From positions 61 to 64,060 of the forward strand of contig JBCCGL010000010.1 in the NCBI GenBank assembly GCA_039029275.1: DNA of 64,000 nt, written 5' to 3'. Source of the stretch: Pseudomonadota bacterium (GTDB lineage: Bacteria; Pseudomonadota; Gammaproteobacteria; JBCCGL01). Each line of letters starts with the position of its first letter. Position 1 is the stretch's first letter. The notes under the pieces are model-generated. The model did no database searches. It had not been told where the DNA came from and saw nothing but the letters and a program-made list of their open reading frames with translations. The position numbers and the translations under genes are program-made. Below are positions 49,202 to 59,594 of this stretch, piece after piece.

Positions 49202-50551
49202 TTACAAATACCAATCAAGTTCTTGCGCACTCATCGCACTCATAAACTCATCAAATTCACCCTGCTTGACCCGCGTGTAGGCATCGATGTAATCGTCGGA
49301 TAAATATTGAGGGAGAACCTGCGCCGATCGCATGATTTCAATTGCTTGCCATATTATCAGTGGTAGCGATTCATCTACCTCTGCGCCCGCGTTGCCACTG
49401 GCCATGTCAGTCGGCTCAAGTCGATTGGATATCCCGTGGTGAATGCCCGCCAGTACCGCAGCGACTACAAGATATGGGTTTGCCTCTGCACCGGCAACGC
49501 GGTGTTCGATGCGTCGATTCTTGTTGTCGTAGTCAACAACCCGAAACGCCATCGAGCGATTGTCGATACCCCAATCCCGCGTAACCGGTACGAATTGATC
49601 CGGCTCAAAACGCCGAAAGGCATTCAGGTTTGGCGCAAAAACCAGCATGGCTTCGTGCAGCGTTTGCTGCATGCCGGCGACTGCGTAGCGAATCATGTCA
49701 TCCGACGTCGGGTTGGCGGGATCAAATACAGGCCTGCCCTGGTCATCCCGCAAGCTCACGTGAATGTGCTGCCCACTGCCGGATTCACCTGCAAACGGTT
49801 TGGATAGAAAGGTTGCATCAAAACCCGCCGCGCGGCATGCGCCTTTAATCGCGCGCCGTTGCATCGCCGCCCAGTCGCAGGCACGCAATATGTCATTGGT
49901 GTGCTTCAGGTTCAGCTCAAACTGACCAACACCGTATTCACTTGAAGCAACCGTTGCTGGAATATTTTGCGCATCGCAGGCCGCGTGAATGCGCGCAAAG
50001 ACGTCACTGAATTCTTCCAGTACATCGAACCCGTACACCTGCCCTGCACTACTGCGGCGCCCGCTAAATGGCGACACTGGGAGTTGCGGCAATCCGCTGT
50101 CATCGCGCTCGCGATCAAGCAGATAGAATTCCAATTCGATCGCGACGACGGGTGTCAGTTCAAGCGCCGTGAACTTATCTAATACCGTTTGCAAAATTAC
50201 ACGCGGCTCAAACCAAACGGGATCGCCGGTTTCAGGACGCTGCAGCTGCATTAAACACTGCGCTCGCGGTTCGTCAATCCAGGGTACCGGAACCAGCGTG
50301 CCTGGTACCGGCTTCATGATCGCGTCTGGATCACCGTCGGAAAAACCAAGACCAAGAGGATCGCTGGAATTTCCGCGTGCGTCGAGTAAATAGGCTGATG
50401 CACAAATCCGTGAGCCGTCTTCGTATAGTTTGGGCAAATCAGTCACAGGAAAACGCTTGCCCATTGCGTTGCCGCACAAATCAATAATGAACGTATCGAC
50501 TTGTTTGGTATCAGGAAAGCGTTTGAGAAATTCAGTTACTTCGTCGCGCAT
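49202..50551 (-). CDS. glutamine-synthetase-family gamma-glutamyl-amine ligase (PuuA/GmaS-like)
   Basis: N-terminus 'LKRFPDTKQVDTFIIDLCGNAMGKRFPV' parallels PuuA 'LERYPNTQYVDVLLTDLNGCFRGKRIPV'. GS catalytic domain. 449 aa. Confidence 0.8.
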   Translation of the reverse strand: MRDEVTEFLKRFPDTKQVDTFIIDLCGNAMGKRFPVTDLPKLYEDGSRICASAYLLDARGNSSDPLGLGFSDGDPDAIMKPVPGTLVPVPWIDEPRAQCLMQLQRPETGDPVWFEPRVILQTVLDKFTALELTPVVAIELEFYLLDRERDDSGLPQLPVSPFSGRRSSAGQVYGFDVLEEFSDVFARIHAACDAQNIPATVASSEYGVGQFELNLKHTNDILRACDWAAMQRRAIKGACRAAGFDATFLSKPFAGESGSGQHIHVSLRDDQGRPVFDPANPTSDDMIRYAVAGMQQTLHEAMLVFAPNLNAFRRFEPDQFVPVTRDWGIDNRSMAFRVVDYDNKNRRIEHRVAGAEANPYLVVAAVLAGIHHGISNRLEPTDMASGNAGAEVDESLPLIIWQAIEIMRSAQVLPQYLSDDYIDAYTRVKQGEFDEFMSAMSAQELDWYL

Positions 50552-50658
50552 ACAAAACTCACCTTGCCTATCGACGTGCTGACACTTTGAAAGTGTTTTA
50601 CCATCACGCTATTGTTGGGTCTTTTGAATTTTTCCGGTCGAATTTATCGCAGCAGGCT

Positions 50659-51750
50659 ATGAAAGTACACAAACAACCTATGCGTACCATTTGGCTGGAT
50701 GAAACTGGATGGCAGATCAATATCGTTGATCAAACGCGCCTTCCGCACGAATACTACGTTACGGCTCTCAGCACAGTTGATGACGCTGCAGCTGCCATCG
50801 AAACGATGCAGGTACGCGGTGCTCCGCTTATCGGCGCCACCGCCGCATACGGTATGGCGCTGGCGATGCGCGAAGATACCAGCGATGAAGCCCTGAATAA
50901 TTCAATAGAACTATTGAGCGCGACTCGCCCGACGGCAGTCAATCTGCGATGGGCGCTCGATCAAATGCACGATGAGTTGCAATGTGTGGCACAAGAAAAA
51001 CGCGCTTCGCGTGCGTACGAAAAAGCTGCTCAACTCTGCGCGCGCGACATTGAATGCAACCACTCGATCGCACAGCACGGCCTGCAGTTAATTCGCGCAA
51101 TTGCAGAATCAAAAAGCACCGATGACCCGGTCAATATCCTCACACATTGCAATGCGGGTTGGTTGGCAACCGTGGGTTGGGGAACAGCATTGGCACCAAT
51201 CTATGCAGCGCGTGAAGACGGAATCGATTGTCACGTCTGGGTAGATGAAACGCGCCCGCGCAATCAGGGTGCGCAACTCACGACCTGGGAACTTGCCAAC
51301 GCCGATGTACCCCACACGGTCATTGCTGATAACGCAGGTGGCCATTTGATGCAAACTGGTCAGGTCGATTGCTGCATAGTTGGCACCGACAGAACCGCTG
51401 CCAATGGCGATGTATGCAACAAGATTGGAACATACCTGAAAGCACTGGCTGCGCACGCTAATGACATACCGTTTTATGTTGCATTGCCCGGCAGTACGAT
51501 TGACTGGCAGGCGCGCGATGCGACCGATATCCCCATTGAGCATCGCAGTGAGACCGAAGTCACGCATTTGTGGGGCAAGGACAACCGCGACCGCTTGATC
51601 AACATACAATTAACACCGGACAATACACGCGCATGCAATCCTGCATTTGATGTGACACCTGCGACAATGGTTACGGCTTTAATCACCGAACGCGGTGTTT
51701 GTAATGCCTCTGCAGACGGATTGCGATCACTCTTTTCGGAGACACAATGA
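50659..51750 (+). CDS. mtnA: S-methyl-5-thioribose-1-phosphate isomerase
   Basis: eIF-2B/MtnA family 'RGAPLIGATAAYG', 'GTDRTAANGD'. Start at internal ATG (MKVHKQ). Confidence 0.85.
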   Translation: MKVHKQPMRTIWLDETGWQINIVDQTRLPHEYYVTALSTVDDAAAAIETMQVRGAPLIGATAAYGMALAMREDTSDEALNNSIELLSATRPTAVNLRWALDQMHDELQCVAQEKRASRAYEKAAQLCARDIECNHSIAQHGLQLIRAIAESKSTDDPVNILTHCNAGWLATVGWGTALAPIYAAREDGIDCHVWVDETRPRNQGAQLTTWELANADVPHTVIADNAGGHLMQTGQVDCCIVGTDRTAANGDVCNKIGTYLKALAAHANDIPFYVALPGSTIDWQARDATDIPIEHRSETEVTHLWGKDNRDRLINIQLTPDNTRACNPAFDVTPATMVTALITERGVCNASADGLRSLFSETQ

Positions 51751-52391
51751 ACAACAAAACCGACAAGCGCACCCTGCTGATAAAAAAAGCGCAGTCGATG
51801 AACGGCGCGGGATTGGGGCAAGGCTCGGCGGGCAATCTCAGCGTTCGCGATGGCGACGGCTTTCTGGTCACTCCGGCAGCGATACCATATGACCAATACC
51901 AGATCGACGATATTGTGTATATGACTATGGACGGTGAGTACTCGAGTGATCGCCCACCGTCAAGTGAATGGCGCTTTCATCGAGATATTTATCGAGAGCG
52001 CGAAGACATCAACGCCGTCGTGCACGCGCACTCGCCTGCATGCACCGCGCTTGCCTGCCTGGACCGATCTATTCCTGCGTTCCACTACATGGTGGCTGTC
52101 GCAGGTGGCGACAACATTCGATGCGCACCATACGCGACATTCGGCACGCAGGAGTTGTCAGACCATGTGATCCACGCGCTGCAAGACCGCTACGCTTGCC
52201 TGCTATCCAACCACGGTATGGTGTGCGTTGCGGAAAACCTCACCCGCGCGTTTAGCCTCGCGGTTGAAGTAGAGGAATTGGCCGAGATTTATTGCCAGAC
52301 CCTGCAAGTCGGTCAACCAAAAATTTTGTCACGCGCGCAAATTGCCGAAGTACTGGAGAAATTCGTGGTGCACAAAAAGCTTCGCGATTGA
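51747..52391 (+). CDS. mtnB: methylthioribulose-1-phosphate dehydratase / class-II aldolase-adducin family
   Basis: 214 aa, 'NAVVHAHSP' class-II aldolase His motif. 4-nt overlap with mtnA. Confidence 0.75.
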   Translation: MNNKTDKRTLLIKKAQSMNGAGLGQGSAGNLSVRDGDGFLVTPAAIPYDQYQIDDIVYMTMDGEYSSDRPPSSEWRFHRDIYREREDINAVVHAHSPACTALACLDRSIPAFHYMVAVAGGDNIRCAPYATFGTQELSDHVIHALQDRYACLLSNHGMVCVAENLTRAFSLAVEVEELAEIYCQTLQVGQPKILSRAQIAEVLEKFVVHKKLRD

Positions 52392-52439
52392 TTAACCCAC
52401 GCGATTGCGCTGTAGATCAGCCAATCTCTGAGATAAAAA

Positions 52440-53192
52440 CTACAAAATCTGACTCAGAAATTCCTGCGTTCGCGGATCTTTGGCTTCGGTGAAAAATGTA
52501 TCGGGGTGGCCGTGCTCCACAATCACACCGCGATCGGTAAAGTAAATATGATCCGCAACCTCACGGGCGAAGCCCATCTCGTGGGTCACTAGAATACAGG
52601 TCATACCGGACTGGGCGAGGTCTTTAATCGCGACCAGAACCTCCTTTACCGTTTCGGGATCGAGCGCTGCAGTCACTTCATCGAAAAGCATCACATCAGG
52701 ATTCATCGCCAGCGATCTTGCGATTGCAACGCGTTGCTGTTGCCCACCCGAAAGCTCGCCGGGGTAATTGTTTTCCTTGCCCTCGAGGTTTACACGTTTT
52801 ATCAGTGCACGTGCGCGGTCTTCGACATCAGACGGAGTTTGCTTGAGCACTTTGATCGGCGCCATCATGACATTTTGCAATGCCGTTTTGTGCGGAAATA
52901 AATTGTATTGCTGAAACACCATTCCGACTTTCTTACGCAGTTCAAGCTTATTGAGCTTAGGATCGTGAACTTCCTGACCCTGAACCTTTATCGATCCGGA
53001 ATTGATGTCGTTAAGCGCGTTAACGCATCGAATTAGCGTGGACTTGCCTGACCCGGACGGGCCTATGATGCAAATCACTTCGCCCTTCATCACATCCAGC
53101 GAGATGCCTTTGAGAACTTCCAGTGATCCGAATGATTTGTGGACGTCTTGTATCGAGACGATCGGCTGGTCTTCTGTCCAACTCATGGCCAT
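52440..53192 (-). CDS. polar amino acid ABC transporter ATP-binding protein
   Basis: Walker A 'GPSGSGKST', signature 'LSGGQQQRVAIAR', Walker B 'MLFDEVTAALD'. Confidence 0.9.
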   Translation of the reverse strand: MAMSWTEDQPIVSIQDVHKSFGSLEVLKGISLDVMKGEVICIIGPSGSGKSTLIRCVNALNDINSGSIKVQGQEVHDPKLNKLELRKKVGMVFQQYNLFPHKTALQNVMMAPIKVLKQTPSDVEDRARALIKRVNLEGKENNYPGELSGGQQQRVAIARSLAMNPDVMLFDEVTAALDPETVKEVLVAIKDLAQSGMTCILVTHEMGFAREVADHIYFTDRGVIVEHGHPDTFFTEAKDPRTQEFLSQIL

Positions 53193-53199
53193 ATCCTGT

Positions 53200-54096
53200 T
53201 TACAGTTTTACCGCGTAACGGCGCTCGAGAGCGATGGTTATGCGTGCGATGGGGTAGCAGTATGCGAAAAATACGAGCAGCGCGAACGAGTAAAACGGGA
53301 CAAGCAGCTCGGGCTTGTTGTTTTCGGCTTCAATCGCCTGACGACTGAGCGTAATCATTTCTTCGACACCGAGCAGCGTACACATCGGTGTCGCCATCGT
53401 CAGAATCGCGTACCAGTTCATCCACGGCGGAATCATGCGCTTAAAACACTGCGGAAGAATCACTTGCCACAGCGTTTGTCGACGAGTGTATGCAAGTGAC
53501 TCGGCCGCCTCCCACTGACCCGAAGCCACCGACTGCACGCCGCCACGCACAACTTCTGAGACATTCGCCATGATCGGCAGTGACAGGCCAAATACTGCTT
53601 TCATCCAATCCGGGATCGAAATGATATAGCCACCGATGACGATTTCGAACGGAAACGCCAACAGTACGATAAACAATACAACCAACCACGGCGAGTTGCG
53701 AAAAAGCTGCGTCATAATCTTCGCCGGTGTGCGAACGATTGCGAGGGGTGAAATCTGCGCCAGCCCGAGCATCACACCCGCGACCGTGCCGATCAACATT
53801 GTCAGCACCGAGATAATCACGTTAAACAAAAAGCCGCTGGTCAATAAAAAGGGCATCCATTTAAATAATGCCTGTACCGCCTGACCGTAGGTGTAACCTG
53901 TCGATGCCAACGCCGACATCGGCCACAGAAAAATAATCGCAAGTAACAGCAAAATCGCACCGGGGTGGATTGATGCAATCCAGCGCGCGAAGCCAACCGG
54001 ATCACTTCCGATAAAACCTCGACTGAAGTACGGTTTTAAAACCGGCAAATCGGTTTTTTGGACTGTATTGATACCGGGGATGTTTGACTTTGCCAC
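53200..54096 (-). CDS. amino acid ABC transporter permease
   Basis: Polytopic. EAA-like loop. HisM/HisQ-type permease. Confidence 0.85.
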   Translation of the reverse strand: MAKSNIPGINTVQKTDLPVLKPYFSRGFIGSDPVGFARWIASIHPGAILLLLAIIFLWPMSALASTGYTYGQAVQALFKWMPFLLTSGFLFNVIISVLTMLIGTVAGVMLGLAQISPLAIVRTPAKIMTQLFRNSPWLVVLFIVLLAFPFEIVIGGYIISIPDWMKAVFGLSLPIMANVSEVVRGGVQSVASGQWEAAESLAYTRRQTLWQVILPQCFKRMIPPWMNWYAILTMATPMCTLLGVEEMITLSRQAIEAENNKPELLVPFYSFALLVFFAYCYPIARITIALERRYAVKL

Positions 54097-54099
54097 GCC

Positions 54100-54858
54100 T
54101 TACTCCCCGTACCCGGGAATGCGCATCGCGCGTTCCCACTTGTGCATTCCAAAAACCAGCGTGCACACCAAAACCAGAAACAGCACAAACAGCAATAGCA
54201 TCGTTGGGTACTGTGCGCTTGGGTAATCGTTCCAGATTCCCACGCATTGATAGAGCAGCTCGGGCACAGCAATCGCAATCGCCTGCGTTGTTGTTTTAAC
54301 CAAATTGACCAGATTGCTATTCAGCGCAGGCAAAGACACGCGAAACGCCAGCGGTAACACCACCTCAACATAGGTTTGAAAACGCGAAAAACCGAGTGCG
54401 CTTGCCGCTTCCTGTGTCGACTCAGGCACCGCTTCGATACCTGCGCGAAATATCTCAACGTTAAATGCGCCTGCAAAAAACGATAGCGAAATAATGGCCC
54501 AACCGACATTTGAAATAATCGGTGTCTCGGTCCAGCCGTCTGGTCCGACAATAGTGGGCGTGAATTGACCAAGTGCAAAGTAGAAAAACAAAAGCTGCAC
54601 AAACGGTGGGGTGTTTCGAAAAAACTGGATGTAGCCCTGCACAATCATGCGCAGCCACTTGATTGGAGACGCTTGCAACCAGGCTCCAACGACCCCAACA
54701 ATCACCGACAACATGACACAGGCAATCGACAGAACGATGGTGGTCTGCAAACCGTCCACAACCCGGTTCCACTGAAACTCATCGTAAAAAAATATAAAGT
54801 TCCAACGTGGATATTCCTCCGCCATCTGACGAAAGAATTCTGTAAACGCTTCTAACAC
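54100..54858 (-). CDS. amino acid ABC transporter permease
   Basis: Polytopic HisQ/HisM-type permease. Tightly linked to neighbours. Confidence 0.85.
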   Translation of the reverse strand: MLEAFTEFFRQMAEEYPRWNFIFFYDEFQWNRVVDGLQTTIVLSIACVMLSVIVGVVGAWLQASPIKWLRMIVQGYIQFFRNTPPFVQLLFFYFALGQFTPTIVGPDGWTETPIISNVGWAIISLSFFAGAFNVEIFRAGIEAVPESTQEAASALGFSRFQTYVEVVLPLAFRVSLPALNSNLVNLVKTTTQAIAIAVPELLYQCVGIWNDYPSAQYPTMLLLFVLFLVLVCTLVFGMHKWERAMRIPGYGE

Positions 54859-54945
54859 AACGAGATAATTCGATTGTTGATTTAATTAACCGCAGCGCCG
54901 GAGAGTGGGAGATTCTCCCCGACGCCGCGGTTAACGGAGGAACGC

Positions 54946-55779
54946 TTACTCAGCCAACCAGTCAGCGTAGCGTTTATTCAAGTCGGAGAGATAGGCGGTT
55001 GGTTTGATACCCCACTTCTTCTCCCACTCAATCAGCTGACCGGACTCATGCCAGTTGTAGGTCATGCCCGACATAAACTGTCCGAAGATGCAGTCTTTTT
55101 CCGCAACCGGAACCGCGAGTCCCCAGGGGTTGTCGTCTTCAGAGTTGAGCGGCATTTCGAAGTCATTGTAATCGCCCGATGACAGGTCCGAGCCGATAGA
55201 AGAATCATCGTAAACCCAAGCAACGCATTTTTTATCGCGCAGTGCTTGCTTGGCTTCAGCGTTACCCGTGAAAGCGACGATCTCAACACCATAGCGCTCG
55301 GTCACGATTTTGTTGTAAAACGCGCCCTGCTTTCCGCAAACCGGTTTACCGCGAAGGTCTTCCCAGTTTGTGAAGCCAAGTGCTTTGGGTGCCATGATGT
55401 TGGTGCCCGAAGTGTAATACGGTGGTTTGGGAATCCCGACAATTTTGCGACGGTCGGCACGATCCGACATCGTCGCAATAAACATATCGGTCTTGCCCTG
55501 CTCAAGAAACTGCATGCGGTTCGACGATTGCACCGCGACCAGTTCGAGCTCTACTCCCATCGTATCGGCGACCGCTTTCGCCATGTCGATTTCCATGCCA
55601 ACGATACTGCCGTCGCTGTCGCGAAAACCCCATGGTTTGTAGTCAGCTTTCACGCCAACCACGATCTTGCCGCGGGACATAACTTTGTTCCACACATCAT
55701 TGGTGCATTGAGCGGCGAAACTGGTGCTCGTCGCCAGCATCGCTGCCGATGCAACTGCTGCTGTCAGAAATGTTTTCAC
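54946..55779 (-). CDS. periplasmic amino-acid-binding protein (PBP3 family)
   Basis: Signal peptide. SBP_bac_3 pattern 'GKIVVGVKADYKPWGF...GMEIDMAKAVA'. Confidence 0.85.
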   Translation of the reverse strand: MKTFLTAAVASAAMLATSTSFAAQCTNDVWNKVMSRGKIVVGVKADYKPWGFRDSDGSIVGMEIDMAKAVADTMGVELELVAVQSSNRMQFLEQGKTDMFIATMSDRADRRKIVGIPKPPYYTSGTNIMAPKALGFTNWEDLRGKPVCGKQGAFYNKIVTERYGVEIVAFTGNAEAKQALRDKKCVAWVYDDSSIGSDLSSGDYNDFEMPLNSEDDNPWGLAVPVAEKDCIFGQFMSGMTYNWHESGQLIEWEKKWGIKPTAYLSDLNKRYADWLAE

Positions 55780-55891
55780 TGTTTTACTCCTCCAAATTAA
55801 AGAAACCGCGAACGAATAAATGTCCGGATAGCTTGAGAACCCTATGCAGTGCCACCGCAGTTTGTATCAGGTGTAAGGCTGCATCTGAAAT

Positions 55892-55933
55892 ATAACATTT
55901 GTTATTTTTTGAATAAAATGTAACATACGTTAT
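55892..55933. promoter_or_regulatory. two related 14-bp palindromes (ATAACAttTGTTAT and GTAACAtaCGTTAT) in the divergent ABC/rpiR promoter region; candidate RpiR operator
   Basis: Perfect 6-bp inverted repeat at 55892-55905. A related imperfect copy at 55920-55933. AT-rich divergent intergenic region. Confidence 0.3.
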
Positions 55934-55967
55934 CTTTCAAAGCTAATCTAACGCTAGTCACGACCGA

Positions 55968-56819
55968 ATGCAACACGTTATCGATCAACTACTTGAAGCG
56001 TTGCCGAATCTGACGCCAAAGCTTAAGCAGGCCGCAAAGGTCATACTGGATCGACCCAACGCAGTCGCGACTACGTCAATGCGGGAGTTGGCCAGACAGG
56101 CAGGCGTGACCGCGCCAACCATGATTCGTCTTGCTAACCATCTAGGTTTTGATGATTACCGCCAGCTCAAAGAAGTGTTTCTGCAGGCTGTGACTAACTA
56201 CAACTTTGAGCAACGCGCGAATCAACTGCAACGCGCCTCAAAGACAGCCGGTGAGGCCGCTATTATTCAAGAGCTGGCTGACGCTGGTCATCGAAACATC
56301 AATCATTTTTATCAAAACCTCGATTTGGAGGCGATCTGTCGCGCCGCTGATCTCATCGTTAACGCCGAGACCGTCTACGTTGTTGCCGCCAGCGCGCCGC
56401 ACTGGATGGGTGCCTACATGCAGTATGTGGGGAAAATGGCAATTCCCTATCTGCGCGTTCCACGCACCAGCGGCGATAGCCTTATTGAGGGGCTTATACC
56501 GATCAGCAGTAATGATGTTGTGCTGGCAATGACATACAACCCCTACGCTACCCAAACCATGGAAGCGGTCGAATTCGCACTTGAACGCGGAGCGTCTTTT
56601 ATTTATTTGACTGACAGCATCGCGGCTCCGCTCGCCGACAAGGCGACCGTATTGATCCAGCAGTCAACCGATAGCCCGCAGTTTTTCCCATCGATGGTGC
56701 CCGTGGTCGCGGCGATTGAAACCCTGCTCGCCGTTGTTGTGGCGCGCAGCGGACCCCAGGCAATTAGCGCAATTGCCGAGTACGCAGAAATTCGCAAACA
56801 ACGCTATTTTTCGCTATGA
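55968..56819 (+). CDS. MurR/RpiR family transcriptional regulator (HTH_6 + SIS)
   Basis: N-terminal HTH 'TSMRELARQAGVTAPTMIRLANHLGF'. C-terminal SIS domain. Confidence 0.85.
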   Translation: MQHVIDQLLEALPNLTPKLKQAAKVILDRPNAVATTSMRELARQAGVTAPTMIRLANHLGFDDYRQLKEVFLQAVTNYNFEQRANQLQRASKTAGEAAIIQELADAGHRNINHFYQNLDLEAICRAADLIVNAETVYVVAASAPHWMGAYMQYVGKMAIPYLRVPRTSGDSLIEGLIPISSNDVVLAMTYNPYATQTMEAVEFALERGASFIYLTDSIAAPLADKATVLIQQSTDSPQFFPSMVPVVAAIETLLAVVVARSGPQAISAIAEYAEIRKQRYFSL

Positions 56820-58204
56820 CTGAACGTACAGAAATCGATAGCCTCGGCGCTGTCGGTGTACCCGCCAACGCGCTATACGGAAGCAACACCGTACGCGCCC
56901 TTGAAAACTTCCCGATCACCGATCGTACGCTCGGAAACGAGACCGCACTGGTGACGTCAATCGCGCAGATAAAAAAGGCGTGCGCGATGACAAACGCGGA
57001 CCTTGGTGCCGTCAACCAAGCTGCGGCCCAGGCGATTGCTCACGCCTGCGATGAGATGATTGAGGGCGCATTGAACGACAGTCTGATCGTGCCGGTGCTG
57101 GAAGGTTCGGGTGGTACCTCGACCAATATGAATGTGAATGAAGTACTCGCCAATCGAGCCTTGCAGATCCTGGGCGAACCACTGGGCAACTACAGCGAAG
57201 TGCACCCCAACGATCACGTCAACTGCGGGCAATCGACCAATGATGTAGTGCCAAGTGCAATCAAGCTGGCGTGCCATGCGCTGACACAAAGCGCCGTGGC
57301 AAGCGCCCGAAAACTCGCCAAAGCCCTTGAAAAAAAATCTGCTGAATTTGCAGCGGTGTATCGGCTGGGCAGAACCTGTTTGCAGGACGCGCAACCGATG
57401 ACACTGGGCCAGGCGTTTGAGGGCTACGCGGCTGTTGTCGCCCGTGCGGCAGATCGAATCGAAGCACAGGGCCAGCATTTGTTAACGCTGCCACTGGGCG
57501 GTACCGCAGTTGGAACCGGGCTCGGCTCGGTTGATGGATTCCGCGACGCGGCAATCACCCGGCTAAGCGCCATAACCGATCTCACAATCACGCCTTGCGC
57601 CAGTCGCTTTGACGGAATGCAAAACCTCGACGAGTTGCAGCGCTTGTCTGCAGAGCTGGAAACCGCGACAGGAGCCGTCGCAAAAATAGCCAAAGATTTG
57701 ATATTGCTGTCATCCGGACCCAACGGAGGATTGGGTGAAATCACCCTGCCGTCGGTGCAAGCCGGATCATCGATCATGCCGGGTAAAGTCAACCCGGTGC
57801 TGCCTATGTCGGCGGTGCAACTCGCACAAATCGTTCATGGCAATCACGCCTGCATCGTGATGGCGTGTCAGGACGGTATGTTGGAAATCAATCACTACGA
57901 GAGTGCAATCGCATCGCGCCTGTTCGATTCATTGCAGCGAACAGCGGAGATTGTTGACGTTTTTTCCACACGTTGCGTTGAAGGCATTGAAGCGAACACT
58001 GAGCGATCACTGAACCACTTGCTGGACTCGTTCGCACTGGCCACCACTCTGGTGCCCAGGTTAGGTTACAGCGCGGTCAGTCAGTTGGTGAAAGACAGTG
58101 TCAAAGCCAAGCGCCCATTTCTCGAGCTGGCCGAAGCACAAAACCTGATTGCGCGGGACGAGATCATGGCGATCATCAAATCCAGCGTTGAGCCGGACGA
58201 CTGA
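56816..58204 (+). CDS. fumarase/aspartase-family C-N or C-O lyase (aspartate ammonia-lyase-like)
   Basis: Signature 'GSSIMPGKVNPV'. 462 aa. Class-II fumarase/aspartase fold. Confidence 0.8.
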   Translation: MTERTEIDSLGAVGVPANALYGSNTVRALENFPITDRTLGNETALVTSIAQIKKACAMTNADLGAVNQAAAQAIAHACDEMIEGALNDSLIVPVLEGSGGTSTNMNVNEVLANRALQILGEPLGNYSEVHPNDHVNCGQSTNDVVPSAIKLACHALTQSAVASARKLAKALEKKSAEFAAVYRLGRTCLQDAQPMTLGQAFEGYAAVVARAADRIEAQGQHLLTLPLGGTAVGTGLGSVDGFRDAAITRLSAITDLTITPCASRFDGMQNLDELQRLSAELETATGAVAKIAKDLILLSSGPNGGLGEITLPSVQAGSSIMPGKVNPVLPMSAVQLAQIVHGNHACIVMACQDGMLEINHYESAIASRLFDSLQRTAEIVDVFSTRCVEGIEANTERSLNHLLDSFALATTLVPRLGYSAVSQLVKDSVKAKRPFLELAEAQNLIARDEIMAIIKSSVEPDD

Positions 58205-58211
58205 GCACGGC

Positions 58212-59594
58212 ATGGCAAGCGAGCAATGCGTCGTCGAACGACTCGCCGAATTTGTCCAATCGCACAACAGTAGAAAAACTCCTGACCCAGTCATCGCCGA
58301 GGCAAAGCGCTGCATACTCGATACCGCGGGCGTCACTGTTGCCGGGCAGATGAGCGATGTGGCCAGTGCGACGCATGATTACGCGATTGCACATCACGGT
58401 AGCGGAAAGTCGCGCGTTATTGGCAAGCGAACCACATGCAGCCCAGTCGCCGCGGCTCTGGTCAATGGGACGGCGGCGCATGCGTACGATTTCGACGACA
58501 CCAGCTACACCGGCATCATGCACGGGTCCGCGGTGGTACTGCCTGCGGCCCTGGCGCTGGCCGAACATCACGGCGTGCGTGGCGAAGTGCTCCTGGACGC
58601 TTTCATCGCGGGTGTTGAGATTGAATACGCGCTGGCCGAATTGTTTACCCATCACGTCTACTTCAAAGGTTGGTGGACGACCGGCGTATACGGCACGATT
58701 GGCGCCGCAGCGGCGTGTGCGAAAGTATGTGACCTCAATACGGAACAAACGGAGAACGCTGTCGCGATGGCGTCGGTCATGACGACCGGAATGAAGGCGT
58801 CATTCGGTACAGACAGCAAACCGCTGGGCGTCGGCATGGCTGCCAGCCGCGGGATCGAGTGTGCGCTACTCGCAGCTCGCGGATTGACCGGCCCCAATCG
58901 AGCGATGGAGGACGATCGCGGATTGTTCAAATTGCTAAACGATGATCAACAACATACTGATTGCAAGCTCCATCTCGGGGAACGCTGGCGATTGATTGAT
59001 CCCGGCATCTTATTCAAGGCATATCCGGTTTGCTCAGCCGCACAAGCAGGAGCAGAGCTCACAGCGACGTTAATACGACGACACAACATCAACGCGGAGA
59101 CGATCGCGCAAGTAATTTGCGATGTGCCAAAACTCGTCGCGATCAGTCTTGTTTACGAGCACCCGGCAAGCGTGCGCGAAGCCCAATTTTCGATGCAGTT
59201 TGCCGTGGCCTGCGCTGCAATCCACGGCACGATTGGTCTACCCCACCTCCAGCAATCGACGCTCGATGACCCGCATGTGCGGCAACTGATGCAGCGCATA
59301 CAGATGCAGGTGCCGGATTCGTTGCTGAACGATCCAACCGTGCCATCGCGATGCCCCGAAGGCGCCGGAGTCACAATTAAAACTACGGATGGGAATCAGT
59401 ACAGTGATTTTCTCGAACGCCCAACCGGTATGCCGGGAAACCCGGTATCGACGGAGGCACTTACCGACAAATTTGCCAATTGTCTCGCACACGCTGGCGT
59501 CGAAAACCACGCGGCGTCGGAATTGAGTGAACGCTTACTCGGCTTGGATACGCAGCCAAACTGCGCGGACCTGTTTGACCTTTTGAAATCATGA
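58212..59594 (+). CDS. MmgE/PrpD family protein (2-methylcitrate dehydratase / epimerase family)
   Basis: About 460 aa from 'MASEQCVVERL'. MmgE/PrpD N- and C-domain pattern. Confidence 0.8.
   Translation: MASEQCVVERLAEFVQSHNSRKTPDPVIAEAKRCILDTAGVTVAGQMSDVASATHDYAIAHHGSGKSRVIGKRTTCSPVAAALVNGTAAHAYDFDDTSYTGIMHGSAVVLPAALALAEHHGVRGEVLLDAFIAGVEIEYALAELFTHHVYFKGWWTTGVYGTIGAAAACAKVCDLNTEQTENAVAMASVMTTGMKASFGTDSKPLGVGMAASRGIECALLAARGLTGPNRAMEDDRGLFKLLNDDQQHTDCKLHLGERWRLIDPGILFKAYPVCSAAQAGAELTATLIRRHNINAETIAQVICDVPKLVAISLVYEHPASVREAQFSMQFAVACAAIHGTIGLPHLQQSTLDDPHVRQLMQRIQMQVPDSLLNDPTVPSRCPEGAGVTIKTTDGNQYSDFLERPTGMPGNPVSTEALTDKFANCLAHAGVENHAASELSERLLGLDTQPNCADLFDLLKS

Noticed and set aside
46109-50551. 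Ergothioneine biosynthesis (EgtA-like ligase, EgtC-like amidohydrolase, methyltransferase)
   Set aside because: No EgtB sulfoxide synthase, and the methyltransferase is not EgtD-like (it has a Trm112 ribbon plus a class-I MTase). The pathway assignment is not supported.
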